A stretch of DNA of 13,732 bases from Verrucomicrobiota bacterium (GTDB lineage: Bacteria; Verrucomicrobiota; Verrucomicrobiia; Opitutales; Cerasicoccaceae). Below are positions 13,026 through 13,732 of this stretch, piece by piece. The notes beneath the pieces were generated by a model. It saw only the letters and a program-made list of their open reading frames with translations, was not told where the DNA came from and made no database searches. The stretch spans positions 1 to 13,732 of the forward strand of contig JBCBUK010000033.1 of the NCBI GenBank assembly GCA_039818205.1, read 5' to 3'. Within the stretch, counting starts at the first letter, position 1; every line of letters begins with the position of its first letter. The position numbers and the translations under genes were made by a program.

Positions 13026-13652
13026 ATGAGCACCGAGACCATAGACGCTTATCCACTCTGCTGGCCAGAAGGATGGAAACGAACGCCAGCACACCAACGA
13101 GTCTTTGGACAGTTCAAAGGCACTCCTGGAGAGGTTCAAATGGCAATGGTAGAAGAAGTCGAACGGCTTGTGTATGGCTACTTAGTCCAGTCTAACCGAT
13201 CGCTAAATTTGGTCGTGTCAACGAACATACCAGTGCGGCAAGATGGACTGCCCTATGTCAACGCGCGCCAACCGGAAGACCCGGGTGTTGCGGTCTATTT
13301 CGACCGCAAGGGCAAACAGCAGTGTTTCGCCTGCGATAAATACAATCGTGTATGGAAGAACATGCGGGCCATCCAGAAAACGATTGAAGCCTTACGAGGC
13401 ATCGAACGCTGGGGCAGCAGTGATATGCTAGAACGCGCCTTTACTGGGTTCGCGGCTTTACCCCCTCCTATGGTGATCAAGCCTTGGTGGGAAGTGATCG
13501 GAGTCACCGAGACTGCTCCGTTGGAACAGGTCAAGAAGGCCTACCGAAAAAGAGCAATGCTCTACCATGCGGATGCAAACCAAGGCCGAGAGGATCCGCG
13601 GATGGCAGAACTGAACGCGGCCTACGAACAAGCAATCGAAGGAAGATTATGA
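13026..13652 (+). CDS. Phage protein with C-terminal DnaJ (J)-domain; HPD replaced by HAD, 208 aa
   Basis: Start ATG 13026 after GAGG. N-terminal YPLCWPEGWKRT...DPGVAVYF...ACDKY...IEALRGIERWG...FTGFAALP. J-domain WWEVIGV...VKKAYRKRAMLYHAD...MAELNAAYEQA. Confidence 0.88.
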   Translation: MSTETIDAYPLCWPEGWKRTPAHQRVFGQFKGTPGEVQMAMVEEVERLVYGYLVQSNRSLNLVVSTNIPVRQDGLPYVNARQPEDPGVAVYFDRKGKQQCFACDKYNRVWKNMRAIQKTIEALRGIERWGSSDMLERAFTGFAALPPPMVIKPWWEVIGVTETAPLEQVKKAYRKRAMLYHADANQGREDPRMAELNAAYEQAIEGRL

Positions 13653-13732
13653 GCGAAGAAACGAAACACACGCCGGGACCGTGGGAATGGGATGGCATAG
13701 ACCCTGAGTGGCTGGTTCAGTCTGGCACCGCC
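13649..13732 (+). CDS. Hypothetical phage protein, 3'-truncated (MSEETKHTPGPWEWDG...)
   Basis: ATGA overlap with the J-domain stop, open to the window end. KHTPGPW is a common N-terminus of small phage early proteins. Confidence 0.7.
   Translation, partial: MSEETKHTPGPWEWDGIDPEWLVQSGTA

Larger units (their letters stand above)
2089..13732. mobile_element. Temperate phage/prophage early region (switch, recombination, DNA modification, replication); boundaries not defined in the window
   Basis: Divergent regulator pair followed by a co-directional, stop/start-overlapping array containing excisionase-like HTH, ExoVIII-like nuclease, RusA, orphan MTases, replication initiator and phage-type J-domain protein. 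Confidence 0.92.

Overview
Early (regulation/recombination/replication) region of a temperate phage or prophage, with a lower-GC-looking sensor-kinase locus at its left edge. Left to right: the 3' part of a membrane sensor histidine kinase (beta-propeller-like + Y_Y_Y-like + HisKA/HATPase) and an unannotated 57-aa ORF. These converge, via an intrinsic terminator, on a leftward ribbon-helix-helix (RHH) repressor-like gene. A 130-bp AT-rich divergent switch with seven TGTAWAAC-like repeats follows, then a long, tightly coupled rightward operon: Cro-position RHH protein, small hypotheticals, a structured intergenic RNA candidate, an excisionase-like HTH protein, a DUF6948-like protein overlapping a (Gly-X)35 peptide encoded by a hexamer repeat, a RecE/ExoVIII-like nuclease with a non-RecT partner, a PAPS-reductase/DndC-like protein, RusA, an Rmf-like peptide, a stand-alone DnaA domain-IV-like protein, a C5 cytosine MTase, a replication initiator with internal iteron-like repeats, a Dam-like adenine MTase and a J-domain protein with HAD in place of HPD. 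AC-rich, SD-poor leaders and one recalled protein family suggest a Verrucomicrobia (Opitutae-like) host (inference). No integrase, att site, tRNA, CRISPR or structural genes are visible. Family assignments come from motif reading and recall, not from searches.
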